Of a DNA stretch of 44,665 nt, positions 34,122 to 42,304 are shown one piece after another. The first letter of the stretch is position 1. Each line of letters opens with the position of its first letter. Under the pieces are notes generated by a model. The model was not told where the DNA came from, ran no database searches, and saw only the letters and a program-made list of their open reading frames with translations. The stretch is from positions 1 through 44,665 of IMG/VR virus record IMGVR_UViG_3300016670_000033. One strand, 5' to 3'. Origin of the DNA: a virus (lineage: Duplodnaviria > Caudoviricetes). The translations under genes and the position numbers were made by a program.

Positions 34122-35033
34122 TTAGTAGAACATCTCTCTAGGCGCCAAGCGCAGGGGAGCTTTCTCGCGGTCTTCAGAAGAAGCCAAAGCCCACTGCTCT
34201 TCGTACGCCATCTTCAGCATCTCAATTCGATTTGCTGCTTCAGGGATCTTCATTGACAAGTAGTACGCCAGACCCGCAATCAAGCAGGTCAGCATACGGA
34301 ACGGGATGTCCTCAGTCGCTGTACCGCTACCGGAATCCTGAATACGACGCAGTCTCCAGTAGACAAATGTATAGAAGTTGTTCTGGTCTGGGCATGGCCA
34401 GACATTAATAGACGGAAGGTTAACTACAGCAATTGAAGCACCGCTCGTGTGAGCTGCCGCCGTGGTGTTATTTGCCCCACGAACGCAATACTGAAGCTGG
34501 TTGCCGCTAACATTGGAGTAGCCGATGGTCTCGTTATCAATCTTGATAAACCCAGCACCGGCCAGATTTGCCGTGGAGCTTAGCGTAATCGTCGTGTCAG
34601 TTGAGGTAATGTTCCCGCTTAGCGTGATGGAAGTCAGGTTGGTCTCACCCGACTGGCGGTTAACCCATACTTGAATCGGACGGCCTTGAGCGTTCTTGTT
34701 GGGGATCACTGCATAGGTAGAAACACTGATACGGCTGATGTTGATATCTGTCTGCTCAACGCCGGTCTGGGTTCTAACAACCTGATCCAAGAGATCAATC
34801 GTATCTACAGGCAAGTTATAAACGATCTGCCCTTGGTTCATTGGAATCTGCCCCTGCTCAATCGTCCACAGATTGATTCCTCGGTTAGCCCATTCAATCG
34901 TTAGTAGGTTCAAAGACCGGCGAGCAGTACGATGCTCATAGCCAGTGCGAACCTCAACGCCACACCGCTCATACGCCTCTTCAATGATGTCGTTTAGGTC
35001 AAGATTGAATATGCTAAGGCCGGATGTGGTCAC
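34122..35033 (-). CDS. head-tail connector/adaptor protein
   Basis: IIEEAYERCG, TARRSLNLL..EWANRGINLW, ISRISVSTY..IPNK..QGRP, AGLAYYLSMK. Confidence 0.75.
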   Translation of the reverse strand: MTTSGLSIFNLDLNDIIEEAYERCGVEVRTGYEHRTARRSLNLLTIEWANRGINLWTIEQGQIPMNQGQIVYNLPVDTIDLLDQVVRTQTGVEQTDINISRISVSTYAVIPNKNAQGRPIQVWVNRQSGETNLTSITLSGNITSTDTTITLSSTANLAGAGFIKIDNETIGYSNVSGNQLQYCVRGANNTTAAAHTSGASIAVVNLPSINVWPCPDQNNFYTFVYWRLRRIQDSGSGTATEDIPFRMLTCLIAGLAYYLSMKIPEAANRIEMLKMAYEEQWALASSEDREKAPLRLAPREMFY

Positions 35034-35296
35034 TTCATGCCTCTAAGAGTTTTAGCCAAACGTGCACGCTGACCCAGCTTGCCGGGAGCCTTAGTGGCTT
35101 TATCCAGCATCTTAGCGGGGATTGGCTTATCGCCTTTGATGCCAAGCTGCTTGCGTAGCGCACCAGGCTTCTTAACGGCCTCCTGAATCCAATTCTTAGC
35201 GGAGCCGCCCTTTTTCATGCCAACACCACGGCCCTTGAGAACATCGGCCTGGGTTACTTTACCGTCGCCGGTCAAATCTGGGAATTTCTTAGCCAT
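35030..35296 (-). CDS. small basic protein (EF-hand-like DLTGDGKVTQAD plus Lys-rich module)
   Basis: 88 aa; two modules joined by MKKGG. Confidence 0.75.
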   Translation of the reverse strand: MAKKFPDLTGDGKVTQADVLKGRGVGMKKGGSAKNWIQEAVKKPGALRKQLGIKGDKPIPAKMLDKATKAPGKLGQRARLAKTLRGMK

Positions 35297-35547
35297 TATC
35301 GGTACCTTGCTGTTTTCTTAGAGATTGATTTAGGCTGGGCAACGAATTGCTTTCCAGCCTTTTTTCCTGCCCGTTTTGCCCTAGTAGTCGCTGCATATTC
35401 CGCTGGTGAGAGGGCCTTAATCGCCGCTTCTGGAAGGTATCGCTCCCCAGTTGCCTTTGAACCCTGTGTTGATGGCTTGCCACTTTTGGTCCGCCACTTC
35501 TGGCGCCCCCATTCTTTTAAAGATTCTTGACTTTTTCGTAGTGCCAT
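35296..35547 (-). CDS. small basic protein, DUF5872-like C-terminal half
   Basis: Start revised to MALRKSQ; SQESLKEWGRQKWRTKSG, GERYLP, GKQFVAQP. Confidence 0.7.
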   Translation of the reverse strand: MALRKSQESLKEWGRQKWRTKSGKPSTQGSKATGERYLPEAAIKALSPAEYAATTRAKRAGKKAGKQFVAQPKSISKKTARYR

Positions 35548-35574
35548 GTCAAAGTCCACACAAAGGAGAACCAA

Positions 35575-36096
35575 ATGAACGAGATCTGGTTAACTGTAGC
35601 AGAAAAAAACGGGCGCTACTCTGTAAGCAACTACGGCAATGTTCGATCAAACTGGTCAGACATCCCCCAAAGAAACTTACCACACCGCAAAAGAATTGAA
35701 AAACAAAAAATGCTTTCTTCTTGGGTACACACAAATGGCTATAAAAGAGTTGCTTTAGGGCGCGGACATGTTTATTACGTGCACCGATTGGTTGCCCTTC
35801 ATTTTTTGCCAAACCCAGAAGGCCTTCCGCAGATTGACCACATAGACGGAAACAGGCAAAACAACCGTGTAGAAAATTTACGCTGGGTCTCTGCTCGCCA
35901 AAACGTTTTGCTTGGAGGAGAGCGACATAAGTGGGAGACCCAAAAGATTGCAAACGCAAAAAGAAGAATTCACGAAGCACGAAAACAAGAGTACCGGTCC
36001 CTGCTTGATGAGGGACACAGTCTTCGACAGATTGCAAAGCTGTTTGGAACATCTCATTCCGCCATTTCTAATGCACTAAAAGACTGTAAATCTTAG
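35575..36096 (+). CDS. NUMOD4-HNH homing endonuclease, antisense insertion
   Basis: EIW...YSVSNYGNVRS (NUMOD4), VHRLVA..F, IDHIDGNRQNNRVENLRWV (HNH), C-terminal HTH; AGGAG RBS. Confidence 0.9.
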   Translation: MNEIWLTVAEKNGRYSVSNYGNVRSNWSDIPQRNLPHRKRIEKQKMLSSWVHTNGYKRVALGRGHVYYVHRLVALHFLPNPEGLPQIDHIDGNRQNNRVENLRWVSARQNVLLGGERHKWETQKIANAKRRIHEARKQEYRSLLDEGHSLRQIAKLFGTSHSAISNALKDCKS

Positions 36097-36374
36097 TCTC
36101 GGTACCCACCGCCCTTAGCCTTATATTCTTTTGCAAGCATTTGTGCCTTCCTCGCGGACCATTGCCCTGGCGCACCACCTTTTCCACCCGCTTTGATCTT
36201 GTTAAAAAGCGACTTGCGCATCCCAGGCTTTGTGTAATTGCCAGCTTCGTTCACGCGAGATACCTCTCCACCTTTTTTGTACATGGTGAATTTGTCCCCG
36301 TCTTTACGGGTAAGGGTCTCCCCTTTAGGCATCTTGGATGGGCGGATCGCACCCATCCCGCGTGAGGGCATCAT
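36093..36374 (-). CDS. small basic protein, DUF5872-like N-terminal half
   Basis: NYTKPGMRK...KGGAPGQWSARKAQMLAKEYKAKGGGY. Confidence 0.75.
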   Translation of the reverse strand: MMPSRGMGAIRPSKMPKGETLTRKDGDKFTMYKKGGEVSRVNEAGNYTKPGMRKSLFNKIKAGGKGGAPGQWSARKAQMLAKEYKAKGGGYRD

Positions 36375-36746
36375 TTAGCACTTACCGCCATAGCGCATTT
36401 TCTTCATGCCAGCCTCTTCCATCTCATGTTTAACCATGGACTTAGGAGCGCCCTTCTTTTTCATGAAAGAAACTTCTTTTTTGACCATAGCTTTAGACTC
36501 GCCGCCAGCGGCCATCTTGACCATAGTGCCCTTGGTCTTGCCTTTCATAGCAACGCCATCAGGCTTAGAAGAGGTCTTGACTTTGCCCATTTTAGAAGCG
36601 GCAACGCCACCAGACTTCATCTTCATCTCACCAACGATGCGCTTCTTCTCAGCAGCGAGGTTCTTTTTGCCTTTGGAGGTGTAGGCTTTTTCAGCGTCAA
36701 CACGGCCAAGCTCTTCAAGGCGGTTCATACGGGGGGTGTTAGCCAT
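36375..36746 (-). CDS. small Lys/Met-rich modular protein
   Basis: Start revised to MANTPR (AAGGA RBS); modules delimited by MKSGG, MAAGG, MRYGG. Confidence 0.75.
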   Translation of the reverse strand: MANTPRMNRLEELGRVDAEKAYTSKGKKNLAAEKKRIVGEMKMKSGGVAASKMGKVKTSSKPDGVAMKGKTKGTMVKMAAGGESKAMVKKEVSFMKKKGAPKSMVKHEMEEAGMKKMRYGGKC

Positions 36747-36760
36747 TTTGATTCCTTTTG

Positions 36761-37156
36761 TTAGCAAACTTTGCAACGGGTCTTGCCTTTAGTGGCAATG
36801 CCGTCAGCAGATTTATGTCCAGAAGCTAAGCCACCAGACTTCATGCCATGCATGCGCTTCTCATGGCCCTTAACAGCTTTAGAGGCGATCTTCTGCATGT
36901 TGGCCTTAGCCATACCACGCCCCTCTTTTTTCATCATCATGTTTTCGTTCACGATCTTTCCTCCAGCACGTTTTTTCTTAGCCAATTCTTCCTTCGTTTT
37001 GTCTTTGTACTCTTCTTCTTGGGTAAATCCAACCGCATCCCCAAGACGGCTAAGGCCCCGACCAAAGTTCATAATTGGGCTCTTGGTTTTCTCATACTCC
37101 GCATCTAGCATCTTGGTGCGGGTTGAGCGCTTATCTTCTTCTTTCATCTCAGCCAT
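36761..37156 (-). CDS. small Lys/Met-rich modular protein
   Basis: Start revised to MAEMKE; KRAGG, MKSGG, ADGIATKGKT. Confidence 0.7.
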   Translation of the reverse strand: MAEMKEEDKRSTRTKMLDAEYEKTKSPIMNFGRGLSRLGDAVGFTQEEEYKDKTKEELAKKKRAGGKIVNENMMMKKEGRGMAKANMQKIASKAVKGHEKRMHGMKSGGLASGHKSADGIATKGKTRCKVC

Positions 37157-37388
37157 TTTTAGCCTCCATAAGCCGGTCGAGCTTCTTCTCGATCCGGTCA
37201 AAGCGTTCGTTGATACTTACCATGATGTCACGCAAATCGTTCTTGTGCGTGTACTGTTGAGCAACTTCAACACGAAAGTCATTCAAGTGGTCTTTAGTAT
37301 CTTTGGACGCATCAATAACGCCTTTCAGAAACCAACCGATGATGGCTAGGAGAAAGTAAACAAATCCTACATACATTTCGATAGTCAT
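37149..37388 (-). CDS. small protein with N-terminal TM helix and coiled coil
   Basis: YVGFVYFLLAIIGWFL then ERFDRIEKKLDRL. Confidence 0.75.
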   Translation of the reverse strand: MTIEMYVGFVYFLLAIIGWFLKGVIDASKDTKDHLNDFRVEVAQQYTHKNDLRDIMVSINERFDRIEKKLDRLMEAKNG

Positions 37389-37389
37389 A

Positions 37390-37659
37390 TCAGCACTTCC
37401 ACGCCCGCAGGCTCTTGTTGATTCGGGAGTTGGGGTCTTTCTTGGTCTTTTCGCTAGTCAACTTCTTCTTCATGCCGGTCATGCGGGCACAAAAAGACTT
37501 ACGCCGCGCAGCGTCCTTCTCCGTTTTTGGGTTGGGAGCTGGCGGTTTTAGTCCGGGCTTGCCAGGATTAGCGGCGTTATAAGAAGCACGCCCCTTGGCA
37601 TTGAGTCCGCCTTTTTCCGACTTTCCCTCTTTCCTCTGCCATGCTGGGGACTTGGCCAT
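37390..37659 (-). CDS. small basic conserved phage protein
   Basis: MAKSPAWQRKEGK..GGLN.KGR...RRKSFCARM...SRINKSLRAWKC. Confidence 0.8.
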   Translation of the reverse strand: MAKSPAWQRKEGKSEKGGLNAKGRASYNAANPGKPGLKPPAPNPKTEKDAARRKSFCARMTGMKKKLTSEKTKKDPNSRINKSLRAWKC

Positions 37660-37662
37660 AAC

Positions 37663-38265
37663 TCACCCGCAGATAAGCGTGTAAGACGTGACGTTGGAAG
37701 TCGCCACAGTTGCGTAGTCATTAAAGCACTCGCCACCAACCAAAATACCTTCGGAAGGAATAAACAGGCTGTCTGCGAAAGTCGTAGCAGATGCTGGGGT
37801 AGCGATCTTTAACAACGCAAACTCACGGTTCGGAGAGGTCACAGTGATGCTGCCAGCCGATCCACCACCAACGTAATACATACCCTTGATCCGAGTGCGG
37901 GGGAGGGCTAGATCACCACCATAACCAATCGAAACGTTATTTGCGGACGTTCCGCTTACTGTAATGCTTGTGATACGGCTGTAGTAGTTGGTCGAAAAAA
38001 CGGTTGTGTTATTTGGTCCGGTAACTGTTTCGGTAATGGTGGGCGTGTTGGTAATAAGTCCAACTTTGTTTCCGGTAATCGTAAACGTGATGCCCGAATC
38101 ATTGCCATTAGAGGTGATCGAAACTTTGTACCCATAACCATTGGTACCAAGATTGGCTTTTAAAAGCGCCAAAGCCCCAGCAGCGCCGATTGCGGCCGCA
38201 GCTCTAAAGTACGTAGTGCTAGAGTCAGCCGATACCGACCATACATCATATTGCATTGTTGACAT
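37663..38265 (-). CDS. virion structural protein, beta-rich
   Basis: 200 aa Thr/Ser/Gly-rich; RTRIKGMY, IPSEGIL. Confidence 0.65.
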   Translation of the reverse strand: MSTMQYDVWSVSADSSTTYFRAAAAIGAAGALALLKANLGTNGYGYKVSITSNGNDSGITFTITGNKVGLITNTPTITETVTGPNNTTVFSTNYYSRITSITVSGTSANNVSIGYGGDLALPRTRIKGMYYVGGGSAGSITVTSPNREFALLKIATPASATTFADSLFIPSEGILVGGECFNDYATVATSNVTSYTLICG

Positions 38266-38458
38266 TTTCGGCCTTTACTGGGTCAGATAAACCCAAGTCG
38301 GAGAAAGTTAACCCTTCTTCTTTGAGGTCGAGCCGAGCAATCAATGCGTTCATCACATCAATAGCCGCCTGGGAAGCAACGGCCACGTCGTGTGCGTGGG
38401 CGCGTTGCTGTTCCATCTTCTCAATCTCCGAAAGAAGAAACTCTTTCGTTATCTGCAT
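38246..38458 (-). CDS. small helical hypothetical protein
   Basis: 70 aa; TAATG-coupled to the upstream gene. Confidence 0.65.
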   Translation of the reverse strand: MQITKEFLLSEIEKMEQQRAHAHDVAVASQAAIDVMNALIARLDLKEEGLTFSDLGLSDPVKAENVNNAI

Positions 38459-39048
38459 TATGCAACCGTGCTACACATGATGTAGTAAGTTGTACCGTTA
38501 TCACTGATCACAGGGATCGTGTGAGTAACAGAAGGCGAACCTACTGCAGCACGGAACACGCCAGCAACGGCAGGAGCAGGAACCCGAAGGAACGCACCGA
38601 CCGTACCGGTACCACTATTGGTACAACGTAGGTAAGTAGCACCAGACCAAGACCCGCCAGAAGCAAAATCAGAGTCAAGCTGGATTGCAGAGATCGTGCC
38701 GCCAGGAGCCGTGGAAGACCCGCCAAGGGTCACGCGAAGAGCGTTACCAGCACCGGAGATGGTTCCAGATCCGTTGATCGACAAAGAAATATGAGCGCCG
38801 TTGATCGTGCCACCAGCAGCTGCGCCAGCAGCGGTAACCACCGAGAAAGCACGGAGAGTTTCGCCCGATCCAGTCGAGGTGAAGGTCAGACGGCTGTAGT
38901 TCAGACGGGTATCACCAGTCGTTGCAGACGTGGATCCGTAGAAGCTAGAGATGTTCTGAGCGGTAGTAACGGTAATGGGGTCGGAGGAGGTTCCGCCAAT
39001 GAAGCCATTTTGCGACGATACTGGGCCGCTAAAGGTAGTAATAGCCAT
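38458..39048 (-). CDS. capsid fibre/decoration-like protein
   Basis: Start revised to MAITTFSGPV.S.NGF at 39048 (GAAAGG SD); beta-helix-like Gly/Ser/Thr-rich body; C-terminal NGTTYYI. Confidence 0.7.
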   Translation of the reverse strand: MAITTFSGPVSSQNGFIGGTSSDPITVTTAQNISSFYGSTSATTGDTRLNYSRLTFTSTGSGETLRAFSVVTAAGAAAGGTINGAHISLSINGSGTISGAGNALRVTLGGSSTAPGGTISAIQLDSDFASGGSWSGATYLRCTNSGTGTVGAFLRVPAPAVAGVFRAAVGSPSVTHTIPVISDNGTTYYIMCSTVA

Positions 39049-39060
39049 GATAAGCCTTTC

Positions 39061-39132
39061 GTGTAGTAGCACATCCCCGTATCGTCTCTACTACGTCTGC
39101 TAGGTCAGTCGATACAGGTAAAAATTCCTAGT
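39061..39132 (-). ncRNA. structured RNA with an 8-bp stem and two pseudoknots; probably the Mu-gpT-DE motif
   Basis: CCUGUAUC (39118-39111)/GAUACGGG (39083-39076); CUAGG (39131-39127)/CCUAG (39104-39100); GUAGUAG (39094-39088)/CUACUAC (39069-39063); directly downstream of a Mu gpT-like capsid gene. The family name is inferred from context. Confidence 0.65.
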
Positions 39133-39144
39133 ACAACCAGTATA

Positions 39145-39173
39145 AATAAAAAGGGGGGTTTTGCAACCCCCCT
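39145..39173 (-). terminator. rho-independent terminator after the major capsid gene
   Basis: AGGGGGGTT-GCAA-AACCCCCCT hairpin with GNRA loop followed by TTTTATT. Confidence 0.85.
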
Positions 39174-39183
39174 CCACTACTAT

Positions 39184-40092
39184 TTAAGCACCGGGTGATC
39201 CAAACATACCGAGCGGATCAGACCAGCCGAACGAATAACGCTCGCGGGCCTTGTAACGTACGTTACCGGTGTCAAAGTCGCCGTCCATGGACTGGCTCAT
39301 CGGGGTCCGCACAAAGTGCTTCAGGCCGTTGGGCACGTCGGTGGTCAGGAACCAGGCATCGGTATCCGTCAGGTAGTTGTTGACGGTGTAGCCACCGGGG
39401 ATTGAACGGTTGTTCCGCAGCGCGTTGATATCGTTGTCAGCAGTAGCCGTACGGAGTTCAGTCTCCAGGATACGTGTTGCAACGAACTGCAGCGAGGGAG
39501 GAACGACCAGCTTCACAGGCTTAGCAGCGATCAGCAGACCACGCTCGTCCGTCCATGCGGCGATCTGAATAACGGCGGCTTCAAGAGAAGTCTCGTTCAG
39601 GTCAGCAGGAGTAGCGGGCGTGTTGCTGTTGGTGCCACCAGAAACCAGGGGGTGAGCCGTGTTGAACAGGGAGACGCCATCACCGCCAGGGAAAGCGGAA
39701 TTGAAGCCGTTGTTCAGAACAGCAGCAGCCTTGGTCTGCTTGGTGTAAGCCATAGCGCGAGCCAGAGCCTTGGTGTAACGCGTGGCCAGAGAGTCATAGA
39801 GGTTGTCCTCAATTGCCTCTTCAGTCAGCGAGAAGCCAAGAGCGATGGTCTCGTGTGTATAGCGAGCCGTGAAGACTTCCTGTGCGTTATCGTAGGCAAT
39901 TGCGCTGCCTTCGTTCTTCACCGGAGCGGCGGAGAAGCCAGACAGTTTGGTTTCCTCTTCAAACGAACGCTCAGAAGACTCGGTCTCATAGATCTCTTTG
40001 TGCTGCTCACCGTAGGTGGCATACTCAAGACCAAACAGAGCATTCAGGCCAGGAAGAAGTTCTTTAAGTAGTTGTGCGCGTGAAATAGCCAT
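39184..40092 (-). CDS. major capsid protein (Mu gpT-like, HK97 fold)
   Basis: MAISRAQLLKELLPGLNALFG, ARYTHETIALGF, LVVPPSL, DFDTGNVRYKARERYSFGWSD; strong codon bias; followed by a terminator. Confidence 0.9.
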   Translation of the reverse strand: MAISRAQLLKELLPGLNALFGLEYATYGEQHKEIYETESSERSFEEETKLSGFSAAPVKNEGSAIAYDNAQEVFTARYTHETIALGFSLTEEAIEDNLYDSLATRYTKALARAMAYTKQTKAAAVLNNGFNSAFPGGDGVSLFNTAHPLVSGGTNSNTPATPADLNETSLEAAVIQIAAWTDERGLLIAAKPVKLVVPPSLQFVATRILETELRTATADNDINALRNNRSIPGGYTVNNYLTDTDAWFLTTDVPNGLKHFVRTPMSQSMDGDFDTGNVRYKARERYSFGWSDPLGMFGSPGA

Positions 40093-40103
40093 GATCTAGC
40101 TCC

Positions 40104-40904
40104 TTATACACCAGTGGCGTTGAGATACTGATGACCACCAGCCTGGCCAGTAGCGCTCGGTGCGTTCCACTTAACAACCAGCTCAGGATAGCCAACAAAA
40201 GTCAGCGTAACGGTGCCAGAAGCAGTAGCGTTAGCGGACAGGGTCAGCGAAGTTCCAGAGATAGCCGAAACAGTAGAACCAGCAGCGATGCCGGTGCCAG
40301 AAATTGCCATGAACTTCAGGATGTCAGCGTTAGCTGCGGACAGCGTAACGGCAGTGCTACCAGAAGTCGTGGTTGCGGTCTGAGTCGTAACGATTGCGGT
40401 ATCAGGTACAACGTCGATAACGCGGATCGGCAGCGTGTTGGTGGTTGCAAAGTCAGTAACGGCCACAGCGGAGTTACCCGTGGTGGTGCTACCGGCATTC
40501 TGAACCAGAGCAGCGTTGTTGCCAACAAACGTACGGCCAGGAGCTGCGATCACAGTCGTGCCAGAAACAGCCGCCACTTTGAACAGTGCATCGGGATCAT
40601 CTTGGACATAAGCCACGATGTCAGAAGCAACGGTTCCGGTGGGGAAGTACTGACGGAAGACCTTACCGAACGTAGGATCGGTGTAGGAGCAGCCAAGGAA
40701 AACACCAACAGGAGTAGCGGTGGTAGTACCGGTGTCCTTAGCCAGAACGCCCGAGCTCGAAAGATTAACAACGTCACCATAAAAAATGGAGGGCGTGTAA
40801 CCGGAAGAGATGGGGATCTGACGAGTAGCACCAGCAAATACCTGACCGCCGATCAAGTTGATCGGGATTAGCCCATAGGGGGCTTGAACGGTAGGATAAG
40901 CCAT
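40104..40904 (-). CDS. capsid decoration/cement protein
   Basis: PYGLIPI, IFYGDVV, VGVFLGCSYTD, AYVQDDPD..F; directly upstream of the MCP. Confidence 0.7.
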   Translation of the reverse strand: MAYPTVQAPYGLIPINLIGGQVFAGATRQIPISSGYTPSIFYGDVVNLSSSGVLAKDTGTTTATPVGVFLGCSYTDPTFGKVFRQYFPTGTVASDIVAYVQDDPDALFKVAAVSGTTVIAAPGRTFVGNNAALVQNAGSTTTGNSAVAVTDFATTNTLPIRVIDVVPDTAIVTTQTATTTSGSTAVTLSAANADILKFMAISGTGIAAGSTVSAISGTSLTLSANATASGTVTLTFVGYPELVVKWNAPSATGQAGGHQYLNATGV

Positions 40905-40927
40905 TTTTAGCCTCTTTCAGAAAAAGT

Positions 40928-41377
40928 TTAGATTCCTTTACCGAACGAAACCTTGGATTTGCCTTCTTTAAAGAGTGGCATCCGAGGGTCGCTCTCTTTC
41001 ATAAAGTTGTTGTCTACAGCATCCATATTGGCCTTTGCGATCTGTGCGTAATAACTTGTACGCTGATCAACAAACTCCTCAGGCATTTTGCACAACAGCA
41101 ACCCAGCAACTTCAACATTGTCTTTGAATCGGCTGTCCGGATCTACCAACAGCTTAAACTGTGGCTGTTCCTCAATACGCACCGGCTCCCAACCTTCCCG
41201 GAATTTGGCCGAGATGTTACGGGCATCAGCCTGGTTCATCATCGAAACGCGAATCCAACGATACGCATATCCGGGCTGTTTGTCGGGCTGAGGTAGCGTT
41301 TCGGGACGCTGCCACTGCTTAGGACGCTCTTTCATGGAGCGCGATTCAAGTTCACGTGCAATTCTATTTTCAGCCAT
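40928..41377 (-). CDS. conserved head-module protein
   Basis: PGYAYRWIR, REGWEPV, GLLLCKMP. Confidence 0.75.
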   Translation of the reverse strand: MAENRIARELESRSMKERPKQWQRPETLPQPDKQPGYAYRWIRVSMMNQADARNISAKFREGWEPVRIEEQPQFKLLVDPDSRFKDNVEVAGLLLCKMPEEFVDQRTSYYAQIAKANMDAVDNNFMKESDPRMPLFKEGKSKVSFGKGI

Positions 41378-42293
41378 TTTGTTTCTCCAGTTTCATCATC
41401 TCTTTCGCATACTGCTCGGGGGTAATCCCCATTTTCTTGATTACGTTCAGTTGCGTCTGACTTAAGCGCACCTTCTTGGCAGATGTGCTTCGTGACACCG
41501 GAGCCACAACAGTGGCAGACCTCTCTGTACGCTGGGCGGGCTTTGACTCCACCTCATCCGTTTCATCGTCCACGTCACCCCAATCATGTTCAGGGAAACG
41601 TTTACGCATTGTGCTGTCAATGGTACTCCAATATTTGTCAGTATTGACAAAATCTTTGCCATACTGTTTTTCTAACTTCTGATGCAACCCAAGAGCCGAT
41701 GCTGTCATCTCTTCATCCGACCCAAACCACGTATTCTGGCGACGCCAGCTGTCCGTTTTGGGGTCAAGACGAACCTCTTGAGGCTGCGCCTGCGGAATAT
41801 TTACCTCATTTTTCTCTTCTTGTACAGGGGGCCTATAACCTTTTAATCGCTGAAGTCTGTATCCAGCGTTATTTAGTTTTTCCTGAGCCTCTACAAGTCG
41901 ATCAGAATCGCCAGCGTCATAAGCCTCTTTATAGGCCCGCTTAGCCATTTCCATTTCCAGCTCTGCAGCGCTTGTAGCCGTCAGAACTAGGGATTTTTCA
42001 CCATCAGTCAACCGCGCTTTTAGCGCACGATTCTCTTCAGCAATCTTCCGCGCCATCTCAATCGCAGTCTGTTGTTCACGAAGCGCGGCTTCTTTTTCCC
42101 GCCGTTCGTCGTGCCAAACCTTCTTCATCTGCTTGAGTCGGCTTTTTACCTTCTCGGAGTAATCTTCAAGCTCATCTTCCTCAAGCTCTTTTACGAGCTC
42201 TTTGGGCATGGGCTCACGGCCTCGGTCCTCTGGCGGCGTATCGTCTACAACCTCCAGCTCGATATCATCAATTACATCTTTTTCTTCAGCCAT
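41370..42293 (-). CDS. capsid scaffolding protein
   Basis: Acidic coiled coil; W...N.WFG.D.EMT, KRFPE, C-terminal VRLSQTQL...KMGITPEQYAK; lies between portal and MCP. Confidence 0.75.
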   Translation of the reverse strand: MAEEKDVIDDIELEVVDDTPPEDRGREPMPKELVKELEEDELEDYSEKVKSRLKQMKKVWHDERREKEAALREQQTAIEMARKIAEENRALKARLTDGEKSLVLTATSAAELEMEMAKRAYKEAYDAGDSDRLVEAQEKLNNAGYRLQRLKGYRPPVQEEKNEVNIPQAQPQEVRLDPKTDSWRRQNTWFGSDEEMTASALGLHQKLEKQYGKDFVNTDKYWSTIDSTMRKRFPEHDWGDVDDETDEVESKPAQRTERSATVVAPVSRSTSAKKVRLSQTQLNVIKKMGITPEQYAKEMMKLEKQNG

Positions 42294-42304
42294 TTTCCTA
42301 CTCC

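Noticed and set aside
39061-39132. Hammerhead or other known small ribozyme
   Set aside because: CUGA and GAAA are present but the CUGAnGA core and three-stem geometry are not; kept only as an unassigned structured RNA
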